Shown here one piece after another: positions 25,954-39,429 of a DNA stretch of 64,000 bases. Each line of letters begins with the position of its first letter. Within the stretch, counting starts at the first letter, position 1. A model generated the notes under the pieces. It saw only the letters and a list, made by a program, of their open reading frames with translations, made no database searches and was not told the origin of the DNA. The stretch comes from Squalus acanthias (taxonomy: Eukaryota): assembly GCA_030390025.1 (NCBI GenBank), contig CM059431.1, positions 124,126,001 through 124,190,000 on the forward strand, given 5' to 3'. A program made the position numbers and the translations under genes.

Positions 25954-27384
25954 GGGCTAAAAATTGGATTACCCCGAAAACTGGTGCAGGGATCGCAATG
26001 CGGGATCAACCCGCTCCCATTCAAACTGCAGGCCAATCATGCCCATTGTCTCACCACGTGCTGATTCCGCGTCTAACCTATCTAAAGTACGCGGACTGTC
26101 AGTATCTGAGATGATGGCTGGGAGAGTGAAATCGAGTGATGGTGTTTCTTCTTCTTCTTCCTCACTCTCTCTCCTCTTCATGTTGACCCGCTGGCTGGGC
26201 AGGCTAGATTTCTTGGGTGTCTGAACTGAGAAAGGCACAAGCATATGGTTGTAGTGAGGGGAGAGGGGAAGCAAGAGCTGCATGCTTACACCATGTGCAG
26301 ATTGTAAATTAGAAGAGATTGTGGAATGAGGAGGAAGTGGGATGTGAGAAGGAGGATAACGTATGAAGATACCAGCATCTTCTATTCTTTCAGCCCCACC
26401 ACTGGCCACGGGCTCAGCCATGCCCCTGCCTAGAATGCCCAGCTCCGTCTCCTCCAAGGGGGTGAGGTCATACAGGCAAGCCTGTCACCCATCAGTTAAG
26501 GTCTGCTGGTATCTGTTATGTGCCACCTTTTCCTGCAAGGGAAAGACAACTGTGTCAGTGTGTGAAATGGAATGTGTTTGGTTGATGTGACTGTCATGGT
26601 TGAATAGCCTGCAGTGTATGCAAGCTGTGAGATGTGGGGGTGAGGCTTGCAGCAGTGGTAAAGTCTGCGGGTCAGGTTAAGCCATTAATGTGAGATGTGA
26701 GTCGTGTTTGGTAGAGATTGTTGGTAGGTGAGTGATGGGGATGTGGTGCATTAAGCAGTCTGTGAGGCTCATGGTGCAGATGGTGGGATATGGCTTTTGG
26801 AGATGCATTCACTGATCTTGATCACTCGTGTGAGGTCAGTAAACTTCTTCCTGCACTGAGTCCAGGTCCTCGGGGTTAAACTGCGGGCATTTACCACAGT
26901 GGGTATCTGCTCACACTGCAGTCTGGTCCATTGCCTGGTGGGCCTCCTGGTCCCCTGTGGAAAGAGGACCTCTCTCCTGGACATGGCCTCCTGGACCAAG
27001 GCCTCCAGTGCTGCATCCAAGAACCTTGGAGCCCTTTCTCAGGCCTGTTGAGACATTATTCAGTAGTCTTCTTTCAGAGCTTTGTCTTCACAACCAGTTC
27101 CAGCAATTGCTACAGGCAGAATGCACCTCCCCTTTAAGAGGTGCAGACTGCCTTTAAGAAGTGGAGGCTAGATTTAATTGGAGCTAGTCTCGCATGAACG
27201 TGAGCCCCCCGCTGAGCGTTCAGCCACTCAGCAGCACTTTCAATCCAGGGCTGAATGCTATGATCATGTAAATTAGCCAGCAGCACGAAGTTTGCGTGAT
27301 GCCTGCAGTCCTCCAAACAGGTGTGGGTTAATCGCGCTTCGTGATCCCCACGCCTGTTTTTGGGCCTTATCCATTGTCTAGGCC
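25954..27384 (-). mobile_element. Divergent Harbinger deletion derivative retaining the 5' part of the Myb gene
   Basis: TIRs GGGCTAAAAATTGGAT / ATCCATTGTCTAGGCC. Myb exon 1 from ATG 27056 (ALEALVQEAMSRREVLFP...RTWTQCRKKFTDL); exon 2 ~26532-26373. Confidence 0.75.
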
Positions 27385-27815
27385 ATTGAGTAGACTAGGC
27401 CTGTATTCCCTAGAGTTTAGTAGAATGAGAGGTGATCTCATTGAAACGTCTAAAATTCTTAAGGGGCTTGACAGGGTAGATTCTGGGAGGTTGTTTCCCC
27501 TGGCTGGAGAGTCCAGAACTAGGGGTCATAGTCTCAGGATAAGAGATTAGCCATTTAGGACTGAGGTGAGGAGAAATTTCTTCAGAGGCTTGTGAATCTT
27601 TGGAATTCTCTACCCCAGAGGATTGAGGATGCTCAGCTGTTGAGTATATTCAAGACAGAGATCGATAGATTTTTGGATACCAAGGGAATCACAGGATATG
27701 GGGATAGAGCGGTAAGGTGGAGTTGAGGTAGAAGATCAGCCATGATCTTATTGAATGGCGGAGCATGCTCGAAGCACCGAATGGCCTAATCCTGCTCCTA
27801 TTTCTTACGTTCTTA
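27385..27815 (+). mobile_element. CR1 LINE 3' end (upstream piece at ~25895-25953)
   Basis: LGLYSLEFSRMRGDLIET.KILKGLDRVD...SRTRGHSLRI motif and CR1 3' UTR. Confidence 0.85.
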
Positions 27816-28661
27816 TGGGATGTGATTGGGAGAAACAGATGAATTAAGCAGGACATTTTTCATGAACTTACCTGTGCTGCTGACAGGAGAAATTACTCAC
27901 CAGAATAAGGTGCTGATCCTGAAAATGGCAAGGCTGTTGAGCAAGAGCTTGAGCTGGCCTGACTCACTTCTGGTAAATAAAAGTGCTGAGGAACAAGATG
28001 AGATTTCCATGGTGTTCCATTTCTTTGAATGCCCTGCTGGATCTGAAAATGCCTCCAGGATGTTTTATTCCCTAGAGTACAATGCTATGCAGATTGCTGC
28101 TGCAAAATAAAGACAAGAAACGATTACAGAAGTGCTTAAAAAGAGACATTACATCCGTTCAGCCTGTATGAGTGTGACAAGGGTTGTTGTGTGCAAAATG
28201 GTTAGATGAATAAAACACTTATAGGAATAATTAAATGGCAAATCACTTTGCTTGAGCAAGTTTTACATAACGCAAAGATTTTTTTCTAATTATGTAAGTT
28301 TCCAACGAAAGACGAGTCGTCAAATGATTTTTTAATACATGAGTCCATTTCAAAAGTGAACAATTAGATATTGTATAAAAGAATCATATTTCTACAGCAA
28401 TTTTGCAATGCAAATTTTTAAAAGTGCTTATTGGTAAGTTCATGTGATGCGTGGTCCAAAGGCACAGCATCAGACTGGCCCAGCTCGCGGCCAAAAGGTT
28501 GTGGGTTTAAACCCCAGAGCTATCTTCTATTCAAGCCTCCCTGCCAATATTGAGATCAAGTTTTATTAATTCCTGTCAGGTTGTTAGAGGATCGTACAGG
28601 ATTCCATTTTATGGGAGGAAAAACTGACATACAGTTCTAATTTTCTAACTTTCTAATTCTT

Positions 28662-31205
28662 GGGGGAAAAATTCGTCTCCTTAGCCCCTCCCGTTTTGGG
28701 CGTTAGACCTGTATCACTGGGGCAAGGTGAATCTAGTGCCACATGCCAAATCCGGCTCCCCCGTAGGGCCACCGGTAAGTGGTATCACTGGGAACATCAA
28801 TGCCAGGTAGACCGTGACTGTCCAATTTGCAAAGTTGATTCTCGCCACTTACCTCACCGCTTGGAGTAAACATTGACAGGGAGAGCTGGCATGCAGCACC
28901 AGGAAGCCGGATCTAGGGACGTTATTTAAAAGGATCATCAGTGATCACTTGCAGCTGTCAGATTAGTGCAGTTTCAGTGGTTTTTTGTTAGTTTCACCCA
29001 GAGCAGCAGTTCTATTCAGTAATTTCAAGGTTATTTTGTATCAGGAGTCTTCTGGCAACTAAAAAGTAACTACATTCATTCTTCAAAGATTCAAAATGCT
29101 ACACCTGGTAACATTAATGGGGGCTGTACTGGCATGCCACTTCACCTCCAGGATCTATGGCAGAGGGAGCGTCGGCAGCAAAAAATATGGGAACATGTGC
29201 ACAGAGGGAGGATGAGGGCCATCAAGGCTCTCAACAGGAGGACTTACCCTCTGAGGATATTCCGAGAACACTTCTCCTAACTTCAATTAAGCGAGAAGCA
29301 GTGTATTAGATAGCTTCGCTACACCAAGGAGGTGGTCACAGAACACTGCCACCTCCTGCAACCAGACCAGCAGCCTCAGACCAGGGTGACCACGGCTCTC
29401 CCAGTGGCAGGTCAAGGTCACCGTGGCCCTCAATTTCATCACCAGCTGATCCTTCCAGTCTGCAACAGGCGACCTAGCTAACATCTCACAGTTTGCCATC
29501 CATCGCTGCCTCCGGAAGGTCACTGAAACTCGCTACAACAGGAGAAGGGATTACATTGGCTTCCCAATCACCAGAGAGAAGCAGGACGAGCATGTATGTG
29601 GCTTTGCCAAGATAGCAGGATTCCCATGGTGCAGGACTCCATCGACTGCACCCATGTAGCTTTGCGGGCACCGCATAACAATCCTGAGATCTTCTGTAAC
29701 CGCAAAGCCTACCACTCACTTAATGTGCAGTTGGTATGCAACCACAGATGCAAATCCTTAATGTTAATGCCCGCTATCCTGGCAGCAGCCATGATGCTTT
29801 CATCCTGTGCCAGCACTCTTCCAGCCACCACATCAAACTTGAGGGTGGCTGGTCAGAGACAAGGGCTATTCGCTCTCCATCTGGCTCATGACTCCGCTCT
29901 GCAACCCCAACACTCCTGCCCAGCACTCATATAATGACAGCCATGCTGCCACCAGGAACATCATCAAACAGACCATTGGCTCATTGAAGCAATGGTTCTG
30001 CTGCCTTGACCACTCGGGAGGAGCCCGCCAGTACTCAGCTAAGCGGGTGTCTCATTTTGTCATGATCTGCTGTATGCTCCACATCTTGGCCATCATGAGG
30101 GCGCAGCCTTTGCCCGCAGGGATTGCAGGACTACCTCAGGAGCAGGACGATGCAGAGGGGGATGAGGATGAGGAGGAGGAGGATGAGGAGGAAGAGGACG
30201 AGGAGGAGGAGGAACAAGAGCGAGGGAGGAGGCAGTGAGACAATCGGCCTTCCGGACGGGCTGTCCATGACCGGCTCATCAGATTCTGATTCACATGAAT
30301 GAAACCCCAGATCCCTGTAGCTCACCACATCCACATCATACAATCGCTGTCTCAGGGTGTATCACAACGTCCTCCTGGGTGCAAAGGTGAAATGAGAGAG
30401 ACCACAAACTATTCCAAAAACCATTAATAAATATATCTATAAACATATCACACATATCACATAAATTCCAATAACTAATGACCCTTGTGCCTGCTATAGT
30501 TGAATAGCTGTCATTGTGTGCAAGGTGAGAGATATGGGTGTGAGTGTTGCTAGGTAAAGATTGCTGGTGGGGGAGTGCTGGGGGTGTGGTACTTTGGGCA
30601 GTGTGTGAAGATTGTGGTACAGATGGTGGTATGTATCATTTGCTGAAGCATTGACGCACCCTGACCACCCACATGAGATTGTTAAATTTCTTCCTGCACT
30701 ATATGTGCTGCACTACCTCACTCAACATGGTGTGGAAGACTTGTGGTGAGGGCGTCCTGCCACTTGCTGGGTAGTGCACCTCTGTCTCACCACAGCGAAA
30801 ACCAATGCCTCCAATGCTTCATCGGAGAATCTGCAGGCTCTCTCCCTGGGGCATGGACCTGCCATTAGCATACCTGGTTCAATCCTCCGGCTCCTTCTCC
30901 TTGTTCTGCTTCTGCTTACAAAGGCAGCTGCACAGCCAGCAATGCTGAGAATGAGGTGCTGCAGCATCAATGAACCTCCCCTTTAATTGGTGAAAAAAGC
31001 CTGTGGCAATGATGAGTTGCAATTAGATTGCACCCAATATTGGTCCACCCTTTAAGTCTAATGCCAATGAGCTTGGGTTTTAAGACTTGATTTAGGACTC
31101 CAATCATTTTATTGAGCAGTGAGCACAAATTTTTCGTGCCATCTAAAGCATTTGCGCCTGGCGCTAATTCTCCAACTTTCCTTGGCTATAGCGAATTTCT
31201 AGCCC
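28662..31205. mobile_element. Harbinger copy B (Myb exons 2-3 deleted)
   Basis: Ends GGGGGAAAAATTCG / CGAATTTCTAGCCC; transposase on +, Myb exon 1 on - (30865-30660). Confidence 0.88.
29117..30298 (+). pseudogene. Harbinger DDE transposase
   Basis: [23 protein letters not shown] and HAATRNIIKQTIGSLKQWF motifs, acidic tail; frameshifted. Confidence 0.9.
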
Positions 31206-31696
31206 TCGGTCTTTCACATACACATTTGTGTAAATACTTCTTTCCATCGCTTGGCCTTTAAATTATTCAAAGTTTGACCATAAAGCAATAAGCCAATGTG
31301 ATGCAGGGATTGTTTTTAATTTATTACAAAACAGCATTAATTTGAAATAATGAGCAAAGAGCACAGATTGCCTCCAACTGCATGCAGTCAACATTTGCTT
31401 TAAATATTTGGGGGGAGAAATTGGGTGCCTTTGCGCCTCCCGTTAGCACCACCGGGGGGGGGGCGATAATGGGGTGCTACCGGCTTTGCGACTGGGTACG
31501 GCGCTAGTACCGATGGCCGCGAGATTGAGCTAAAGGTTTCCAGCGGCAGTAACCACTTGCGGCCGGAGATCATGACGTCATCCGGGTGCGCAGCGCCCTG
31601 GCTCAGAAATTCACTCTCACCCCCTGCCTGAGCGCCTGCCGTTAGCAACGACAGGTAGAGGAGGCGGTTTGCAGTCGGGTGAGTGCTGGGGGAGCG

Positions 31697-31712
31697 CTAT
31701 ATAAAGGGGTCA
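31697..31712 (+). promoter_or_regulatory. TATA box of the transposase promoter
   Basis: GCTATATAAAGGGG ~180 bp upstream of the ATG; TATTTAAAG equivalents in other copies (14178, 28923, ~20185 minus). Confidence 0.5.
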
Positions 31713-31882
31713 ACTTCTGGGGGGGTTTTTGTCGGCAAACAATGCTGCCTTGTCAGTTTGACAGAAGCAGACAGGCGTTTTGACCCATTTGACCGTTTTC
31801 AACTTGAAGGAGTGTGCTGGCTGAAAAAAAATTATCACTTTCATTTGGGTGACATTTGATAGCGCAACATTTCCAACACTTA

Positions 31883-33048
31883 ATGGGGTCTGTACTGGCA
31901 CTGGACCTCGCCCCCCAGCTTCACCGTCGGAGGCAGCAAAGGCAGAGAGAAAGATTGCAAAACATGGTCAGAGGGAGGAGGGCCAACAGAGCTCTCAACA
32001 GGAGGCCTTACCCTCCCAGCGTATTCTGGGAGCAGTTTTCCGACATTCATCTCTCAGAGGAGCAGTGCCTTAGCAGGCTCCGCTTCAGCAAGGAGGTGGT
32101 CACAGAGCTCTGCCACCTCCTGCAGCCAGACCTCCAGCCTCAGCTCAGGACCAGGACATCTCTCTCAGTGGCAGTGAAGGTCACTGTCGCTCTCAATTTC
32201 TACGCCATCGGCTCCTTCCAGGCTTCAACAGGGGATATTGCAAACATTTCACAGCTCGCCGTCCATTGCTGCATCCGGGAGGTAACAGATGCTCCCTACA
32301 GAAGGAGAAGGGAGTGCATCTCATTCCCCATGACCAGAGAGAAACAGGATGAACGCTCATGTGGCTTTGCAAGGATAACAGGCTTCCCCATGGTTCATGG
32401 CGCCATTGACTGCACTCATGTGGCATTGTGGGCACCTCATCACAATACAGAGGTGTTTCGCAACCGCAAAGGCTACCACTCTCTGAATGTTCAGTTGGTG
32501 TGCGACCTCAGACAGCGCATCCTCGCCGTCAATGCCCACTATCCTAGCAGCACCCATGATGCATTCATCCTGCAATAGACTGGTGTCCCAGCACTGTTCC
32601 ATCCACCCATGAAGCTCACGGCTGGCTGCTCGGAGACAAGGGTTATCCACTCACCACCTGGCTGATGACACCCCTCCGCAACCCCAACACTCCTGCTCAA
32701 CACGCATACAATGAGAGCCATAGCACCACCAGGAACCTGATCGAACACACTATCAGGGTGTTAAAGCAACGGTTCCACTGCGTTGAACAGTCTGGAAGAG
32801 CCCTGCTGTACTCCCCTGATTGAGTCTCCCTTTTCATTGTTGTGTGCTGCATGCGGCACAACCTGGCCATTCTGAGGGCCCAGCCATTGCCACCAGGGAT
32901 TGCAGGTCCACCTCAGGAGGAGGAGGAGGACGAGGCGGAGGAGGAGGATGAAGAGGAGGAGGAGCAGCAGCAAACAAGGAGGGAGCCATTCAATGTTGCT
33001 TCTGCAAGGGCCGTTCGTGATCGCCTCATTAGACATCGCTTCCAATAA
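31883..33048 (+). pseudogene. Harbinger (HARBI1-like) DDE transposase
   Basis: [33 protein letters not shown] and [15 protein letters not shown] motifs; stop at 32576 and a frameshift. Confidence 0.93.
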
Positions 33049-33289
33049 ATGATGTATCACATGGTGTTTGCGCAGCATAACCACATCATTATATCCAGCT
33101 CGCAGCCCCTATCACCGAGCAAAGGTCAAATGAGAAACATCACAAAATGTGCAATGTCAAATTAACAATTTAATATCAAACTTAACCATCTCTTATGAAA
33201 CACAAATATTCATAAAGAAACACAACAATAATTTGCAAACACATCAATTTATTAACACACACTACCCCCATTTGCTAATAAAGTATTCT

Positions 33290-35008
33290 TTACTCCCCCT
33301 TCTTCAATGATTTCGCTCCCCTTTGGAGTTCCCCCATCCCAACCCTACTGCTCCTCCATAATTTGGCCCCAGTGGCTGCAGCAAGGCTGGTGGAAGGTTG
33401 CTGAGTCTGGGAGCCAGAGACTGCAGATGGCCTTTCAGGACGCCCTCGAGAAGACAGCACCTTCCTGCTCGACCGCCACACTGCCACTCCCCTGGGGCAG
33501 TACCTCAGCATCTGGAGCAATCTGCTCGAGCACAGATTGCTGGCCTGCTGCGGCACCGTGAGATCCCTGGTGGATTGTGGGCGACCCAGCGACGATGGCA
33601 GCAGTCAGCACTTGCATGGCATTAATCTGGGACTGCATGAGAGCAGTCTGAGATTGGATGCCAGCAACCACCGACTCCATTACAGCACTAAGCCGTTGTG
33701 TTGCTTCGGTCTGTGCTGCAATAGCTGCTGCTACTTCACCCATGACACACGGCATGAGGTCTGGGTCCCCATGGTCTCTCTGTGAGTCGCCCCTTTGCAA
33801 ACTGCCAAGGATGGGCTCGATGGTTTGCGCAGAGATGAGTGCAATGTTGGAGGCGGACTCCTCCAAGCTACTAGCCAGTGCATCCATGCTCTTGGGCACC
33901 CTTGCCATTGCACCCATGAGCTCGGTGTGCATGCCCATCGCCCAACTGGTCTTCGCCTCCACATCGAGGTCCTCATCTGAGTCCTGTGCAGCAGAACTCG
34001 CGCGCACACTCACCCTCCGGGGAGATGACCCCCGAGCTTCCCTTTCCCCATGGCGTTGCTGCAGCCCGCTGGGTCCCGGGGTTACACCCACATCAGACCC
34101 ATGTACTAGGCTCCCCTCCAGCGACCATGTGGCCCCATTATCAGACCTAGTGCCTTCGGGGGACGCAGGCAGTGAGGCTCTGGCTTGTTCTTCCTCCTCC
34201 TCTCTCGTGTTACTGCCACTGGGAGGCTGAGGGACAGGCTGGTCATGTGGTGGCTGATTATCTGAAAGCATTAATGCACAAGAGTGGGTTTAATGCCGGG
34301 GAGGGGGGAAGGAAGGCAGCAAGGAATGGAGACATTATACTTAGATGGAAAGTGGAAAAGGCTTGTGGTGTGAGGGGAAGTGGTATGAGAGAAGAGGGAG
34401 AGGTGATAAACATACCATTGTTGTTCCCAAGGGGGTCGACGTTTCCGATGGCCACAGCACTCACGACATGGGTGGCAATGATACGGCCCACTTGCTCCTC
34501 CAGGTCTGTAAGGGGTGCAGGTCCGCCTCACCTCCTCCCGTTCGTACCTGCTCCCTCCTGTTGTGAGCAAGCTGGGCCTGCAAGAAAAAGGGAAGCGTGT
34601 GAGTGAGTGTGCAGCTATGTGTTTGGCATGTGTGCCTACCATAGTTGAATGGTTGTTAATGTATGCAAGGCATGAGATGTGGATGTCACTTTTAGTAGGT
34701 GGGCATAGTTGGTGGGTGAGTGTTGTGGATGGTGGCATGTAGAGGTTTTTGAAGCATGTACTCACCCTGGCCACCCGAGTGAAGTTGTTGAATTTCTTCC
34801 GGCACTGGGTGGGGGTTCTGGGTACCACATTTCTGGCCGACACGTGCTGGGCGACCTCACTCCACATCCTCCTAAAGGCCTGTGGCAATGGTCTCCTGCC
34901 AGTGTCTGGGAAGAGCACTGCCCGTTGGCGTTCCACGGCCATGACCAGAAACTCCGAGGCATGGTTGCTGAACTGGCGAGCTCACTCTCTGGGCCTCTGA
35001 TCAGCCAT
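33290..35008 (-). pseudogene. Harbinger Myb/SANT + coiled-coil gene, exons 35008-34766, 34577-34416, 34261-~33290
   Basis: MWSEVAQHVSARNVVPRTPTQCRKKFNNF; same splice sites as copy A; 278-aa open stretch in exon 3. Confidence 0.82.
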
Positions 35009-36819
35009 CAGTTGCTTGAATGAAGGCTTGCAGTTCCTTGCAGGCCCAGTTCACAAGCAGCAATGATCAGAGTGAGGCTATGCAGCATGATTGAACCCCC
35101 CCTTTAAGAACTGGAAGGAGCCAGTCTGTCTGAGGACTCTCTAATTGACAGCGCCGGAACTTGATTAACGCTCTGAAGGTAGCACCCCGCTCTGTGACGT
35201 TAGCACCCTAAGAGAAGTGTGTAGCGTTTGATTTAGTGCTCACTTCCCTCTTGGGGCGTTAAAACTCAATTTTGCGTTTGTCGAGCTGAGGCTAAAGTTA
35301 GCACGAAGGCGATGTTAGCACCCCAAAATAATCGATACCGAATTTTTCCCCCTTAAGGTTCTGTCTGGGATTAAAATTTGATGATGTTTGCCAATGATGC
35401 TTTTAAAAATTCGATTAGCTTTTATTTTAAAAAGTTACTTGGATGTTGTCTGTACATGTATGATGTTCAAATTGTGTAGGAGTCAATTCATGCCCCTGAA
35501 TATTATCACGGATGTGGTCATATTTGATGGAACAGTGTCAGTCTGGACAAGGAGAGGATTAACCTCACCTTACTGCAGAATGAATCTGACAATGTGTTTT
35601 CCTTTTATATGAACTCCTAAGGGATAATAATCAAAGGATTCTGAGTTGAATTGAGTTATGATCTGATAAGAGTTAGTTTTCATTCTGAAAGACATGGAAA
35701 ACTGAAGATTTTCGTCTCACTGTCTATATGGAAGAGGTGATGCCATCAAAATAAATAGTCTGTCTGCATTCAATTAAAAATGAACAGTTGCCAGCATTTT
35801 CCTGGAGAACTGAGAATAGGCAGGTTGCTCTGAAACATGAGCCCATAGGTCAAGTCTTTCAATCATCCTGCTATCCTTAGTTCCCATATGCAGTGCAAGT
35901 GGAGTTCAGTATTTCTATTTAATTATAGTTTGGATACCAGCTGAGCCACTATCTTATTTTCATGGTGCTTTGCAGCTTTGCAAAATCACTGCACAGCTCA
36001 GACGAGAGTGCAGAAACTCGCCTTTGTCACTGGCAGGATGAAGTGGGTGTTTGTCTGACACCTGTCGAATGTAAAAAAGCATTTCACAAGGATATACTCA
36101 ATGTGCTTGACTGTTCTGAATCCAATTTGAATATATTGGGTGAAAAGAGGAGGAGGGGCCACTTGTTATACACCCCGGCAAAATTTCCTTTCCATTGGGG
36201 TGTATAATGGGTGGCCGATGTGAAACCCGCCTGTTTTATGCCCCCACCAAAGTTGAAAGTTTCATCCAGTGTTGAGTGAATCAGAATTTTGTATTTTCCA
36301 ACTGTGATTGAATTATTGCTAACATTAAGGCACTTCCCTTCTCCCATAGATGTAATAGAATTGGAGAAATATATATGGCCACAAAACATTTCTTATTTCA
36401 CAGCATTCTTATAATAAACTAAAATAATATAGTGTTATATTTCAATACAGACATGGTCACTGAATTCCTGAGTGAGTTATATGGTTGTTTAGATTATACA
36501 AGGAAGCGTACTATAGAATGGCAGCACATAAAATAAAAGCTGGCTAAATCACAAGAACACAAGTGCCTTTCCTTTATTATGCTGCTATACAAATAAAAAA
36601 GCGCACATTGCAATAATTCCAGCCACTCTGCCTCTTTGCTTGGTACTAGAGGAGAACGCAGTTATTCAATTTTGCAGTAAGGAATATCCAAATTGCAACT
36701 TTTCTTATTAGGAATGTTTTGTAAATTATCAAGGGCAACACATTTTCCCTAATAGAATGAAAGAGGTCATTGGCGTGTGGAGTAATGGGCAAGGTCCAGC
36801 TTTATCAACAAATCTGGAC

Positions 36820-36960
36820 CTTTAAAATCACATTGGATTCTATGAGAAATTTGCAGGGCTATGGTGAAAGAGCGGGGGAGTGGAACAAATTGGATAGTTC
36901 TTTCAAAAGACACGATGGGCCGAATGGCCTCCTTCTGTGCTCTATGATTCTATGATTACA
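36820..36960 (+). mobile_element. CR1 3' UTR fragment
   Basis: GATGGGCCGAATGGCCTCCTTCTGTGCTCTATGATTCTATGATT tail. Confidence 0.6.
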
Positions 36961-37291
36961 GTTTCATATATACTTGCAATATAAATGTCATTATAGTGAC
37001 ACATTTACCTCTTCTCTAAAATCATTGTACAAAAGGGAAATTTCACATGTTTACCGTGTTTTATTAGAAAATGTTGCAAAATGATGTACATACAGAATTC
37101 AATGGTGACTACCCTACCTTCCAGACCCTCCACCTGCCAAACAAGTTCCATCAATAGCAGAAATAACATCCTTTAGATACAATGCTAATCCTGTGGATAG
37201 GTATGTTTTCAGAAAGCTGCAGGTGTGCATTTATTGTGTCCAAAATTCCTTGGGGGCTTCTCCAGTCTCTCACCATAACTCTGGTAAGAGA

Positions 37292-37830
37292 CCGGCCAAT
37301 GCAATTTTTAGGCGGGCCTGTAAATGGGTGAGGAGCCTGGCTTCTTGTAGTAGCCAAAATGCTGCTTAAATACATAAATTGGGGTCCTATGTCAGTTGTA
37401 GGGTCTCAATTGCAATGTTTAGGTATGAATGGTGGCAGGCATTGAACGGCCTAACCAGTGGTCCATAAAGGAGGCTGCTCAGAAAACGCCTGAGGTCATT
37501 TTTACTTTTTACTTTTGTGGGGCCAGTAACAAATCTCCTGCCTGTTGCTGGCACGATCGAGGACCCCTACAGGGATCGTCTCCCCACCCCACCCCCACAA
37601 ACAGATTCGATGCGCTGGCTGACTCAGCATGGGACGCGGCTAATTTCCTGCCCTCCCACAACTGGCAAGCCATAGCATGTTGCCTGTTTGATGCCCATAG
37701 CATGTCAGTGGCATTTAAATGAGGCCCAAACCCAAATATGGTTCTGGGCTCCGGACACCGACGTTAGGTGGGTGGTACTGCACCTCCACCAACTTCACAC
37801 CTGTTTCAAGCGGAAGTTGCATTTCCCCCA
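37292..37830. mobile_element. Degenerate MITE
   Basis: GC-rich island with imperfect ends GGCCAATGCAAT / TTGCATTTCCCC and motifs shared with other MITEs (TTTAAATGAGGC). Confidence 0.4.
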
Positions 37831-37974
37831 ATGTTTTATCCTTTTATTTGTAGAGTTGTGATCTTAAACGTAGAGCTCTAGCCAGTACATACTATGAAGT
37901 AAAAAAGTGCGTCTTTGCCTATGTAACAGCAGTGACTGCACTAGTAATTCAGTGCGGGTAATTTTAACTTGTAT

Positions 37975-38284
37975 CACAGAATCACCACAGGGCAGATAGA
38001 GGCCATTTCAGCCATTGAGCCTGCACCTACACATATCCCACCCTATCCCCATAACCCCACGTATTTAATCCCCCTAACACTAAGGGTCAATTTATCATAG
38101 CCAAATCAACCTAACCCGCACATCTTTGGACTGTGGGAGGAAACCGGAGCACCTGGAGGAAACCCACGCAGACACGGGGAGAATGTGCAAACTCCACACA
38201 GACAGTCATCTGAGGCCGGATTTGAACCCAGGTCCCTGGCGCTGTGAGGCAACAGTGCTAACCACTATGCCACCGTGTTGCCCC
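37975..38284 (-). mobile_element. HE1-like V-SINE (tRNA-derived head, CR1-derived tail)
   Basis: Reverse complement GGGGCAACACGGTGGCATAGTGGTTAGCACTG...GGTTCAAATCC (A/B boxes); V-domain TGTGTGGAGTTTGCACATTCTCCCCGTGTCTGCGTGGGTTTCCTCC. Confidence 0.85.
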
Positions 38285-38567
38285 GTATTGCTGGGCAACA
38301 ATTGGGTGATAGTGAATCATGAGGCCATTTTACACCTCGGGCGAATAATGGAAAAGAAAATCAGGCGAGCTATAAATGGGTGGCGATTTCACAATCACCC
38401 ACTTTTCGCCTGTCAATAAAAGTTAAAGTTTGTGCAAAATGCCCTGGCACAGTTCTGAGTGATGTGATAAAGTGTTATACAAACCCAAGCCTTTCTTGTG
38501 ACTGTGCCTCTTACCATACCTGTTGTTGAATAATTCCTTCTTTTCACACATATATGAAATAGCCATA

Positions 38568-39290
38568 GGAATTTTAACACCCCGCCGACCCCAACCTGCT
38601 ACGAACCTGCCTTACTTCCGGTTTAACCACGGCGGGGTTGGGGGCGATGAGTAACGTGCTCTGGAGAGACGGGGCCGTGAGTATAATATTTAAATGAGGC
38701 TCCATTCCTTAGATTTTGGGAGTCATTTGAATTCAACGGCTGCGGACCGGGTTTCCCAGGGCTTGGGAAACCCGACAGCTAAAGGAGAGTGGATACAGCA
38801 GGTAATTTTCTTTTATAGCACTGTTCAGGGGCCAGGAGGAGGAGGAGTGCTTCCCTTGGCCACTCAAGAAAATCTTTTGCAGCAATCTACCAACACCCGT
38901 GTGATCTGCCGACCCACCTGTGATCTGCCTACCCTCACCATTATGCCCTCCCTCCCTCCTGGCTACTACGCTCCGAGCCATCCTACTATGCCCCGATCTT
39001 TCTCTCTCTCCCTCCCTCCCTCCTCGCTGCTGTGCTCCAAGCCCCTCACCATGCGCCAACCTTTTCCTATTGCCGGGAACTGTCCCCAGCTGCGGCCTTC
39101 TACCATTGGCTTTCTCACCTGTCTGTCGACCAGCCTCTCGATAAAGATGGCTGCCGGGTGGGAAACGGAGTAAAAAAAATCATAATGAGGTCCTGCTGTT
39201 AAATTTGGCAGGCCCTCCGCATTCCCAGCATTTCCAGGTTTCCCGGCCACTAACACACTCCCTCCCCATCTCCTCATAAATATTGGGGCC
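38568..39290. mobile_element. MITE related to 7781-9553 and 12650-13328
   Basis: ATTTTAAC left end, AAATATTGGGGCC right end, ATA flanks; shared internal motifs. Confidence 0.55.
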
Positions 39291-39429
39291 ATAGGCTCTG
39301 GAACAATGGGAAAGGAAAAATGTAACTATAAAAATATAAAAAATTGTGAAGCCACGTTTATTTCCATATATTGCTGCCAGTAGCTTTTTTTTATTAGCAT
39401 ACAAGCAATCTAACCTGCATTAAATATCA

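Larger units (their letters stand above)
31411..35352. mobile_element. Harbinger copy C (full-length, best preserved)
   Basis: TIRs GGGGGAGAAATT / AATTTTTCCCCC, flanks TTG/TTA; both genes present and convergent. Confidence 0.92.

Noticed and set aside
31856..33048. Domesticated host HARBI1 or NAIF1 gene
   Set aside because: Multiple TIR-bounded copies with stops and frameshifts, so these are transposon copies
33658..34230. 190-200 aa plus-strand ORFs (also 48689-49291) as separate genes
   Set aside because: Antisense shadows of Myb exon 3 with no independent motif
38200..38284. tRNA gene
   Set aside because: The A/B boxes belong to a SINE head continuous with the V-domain body
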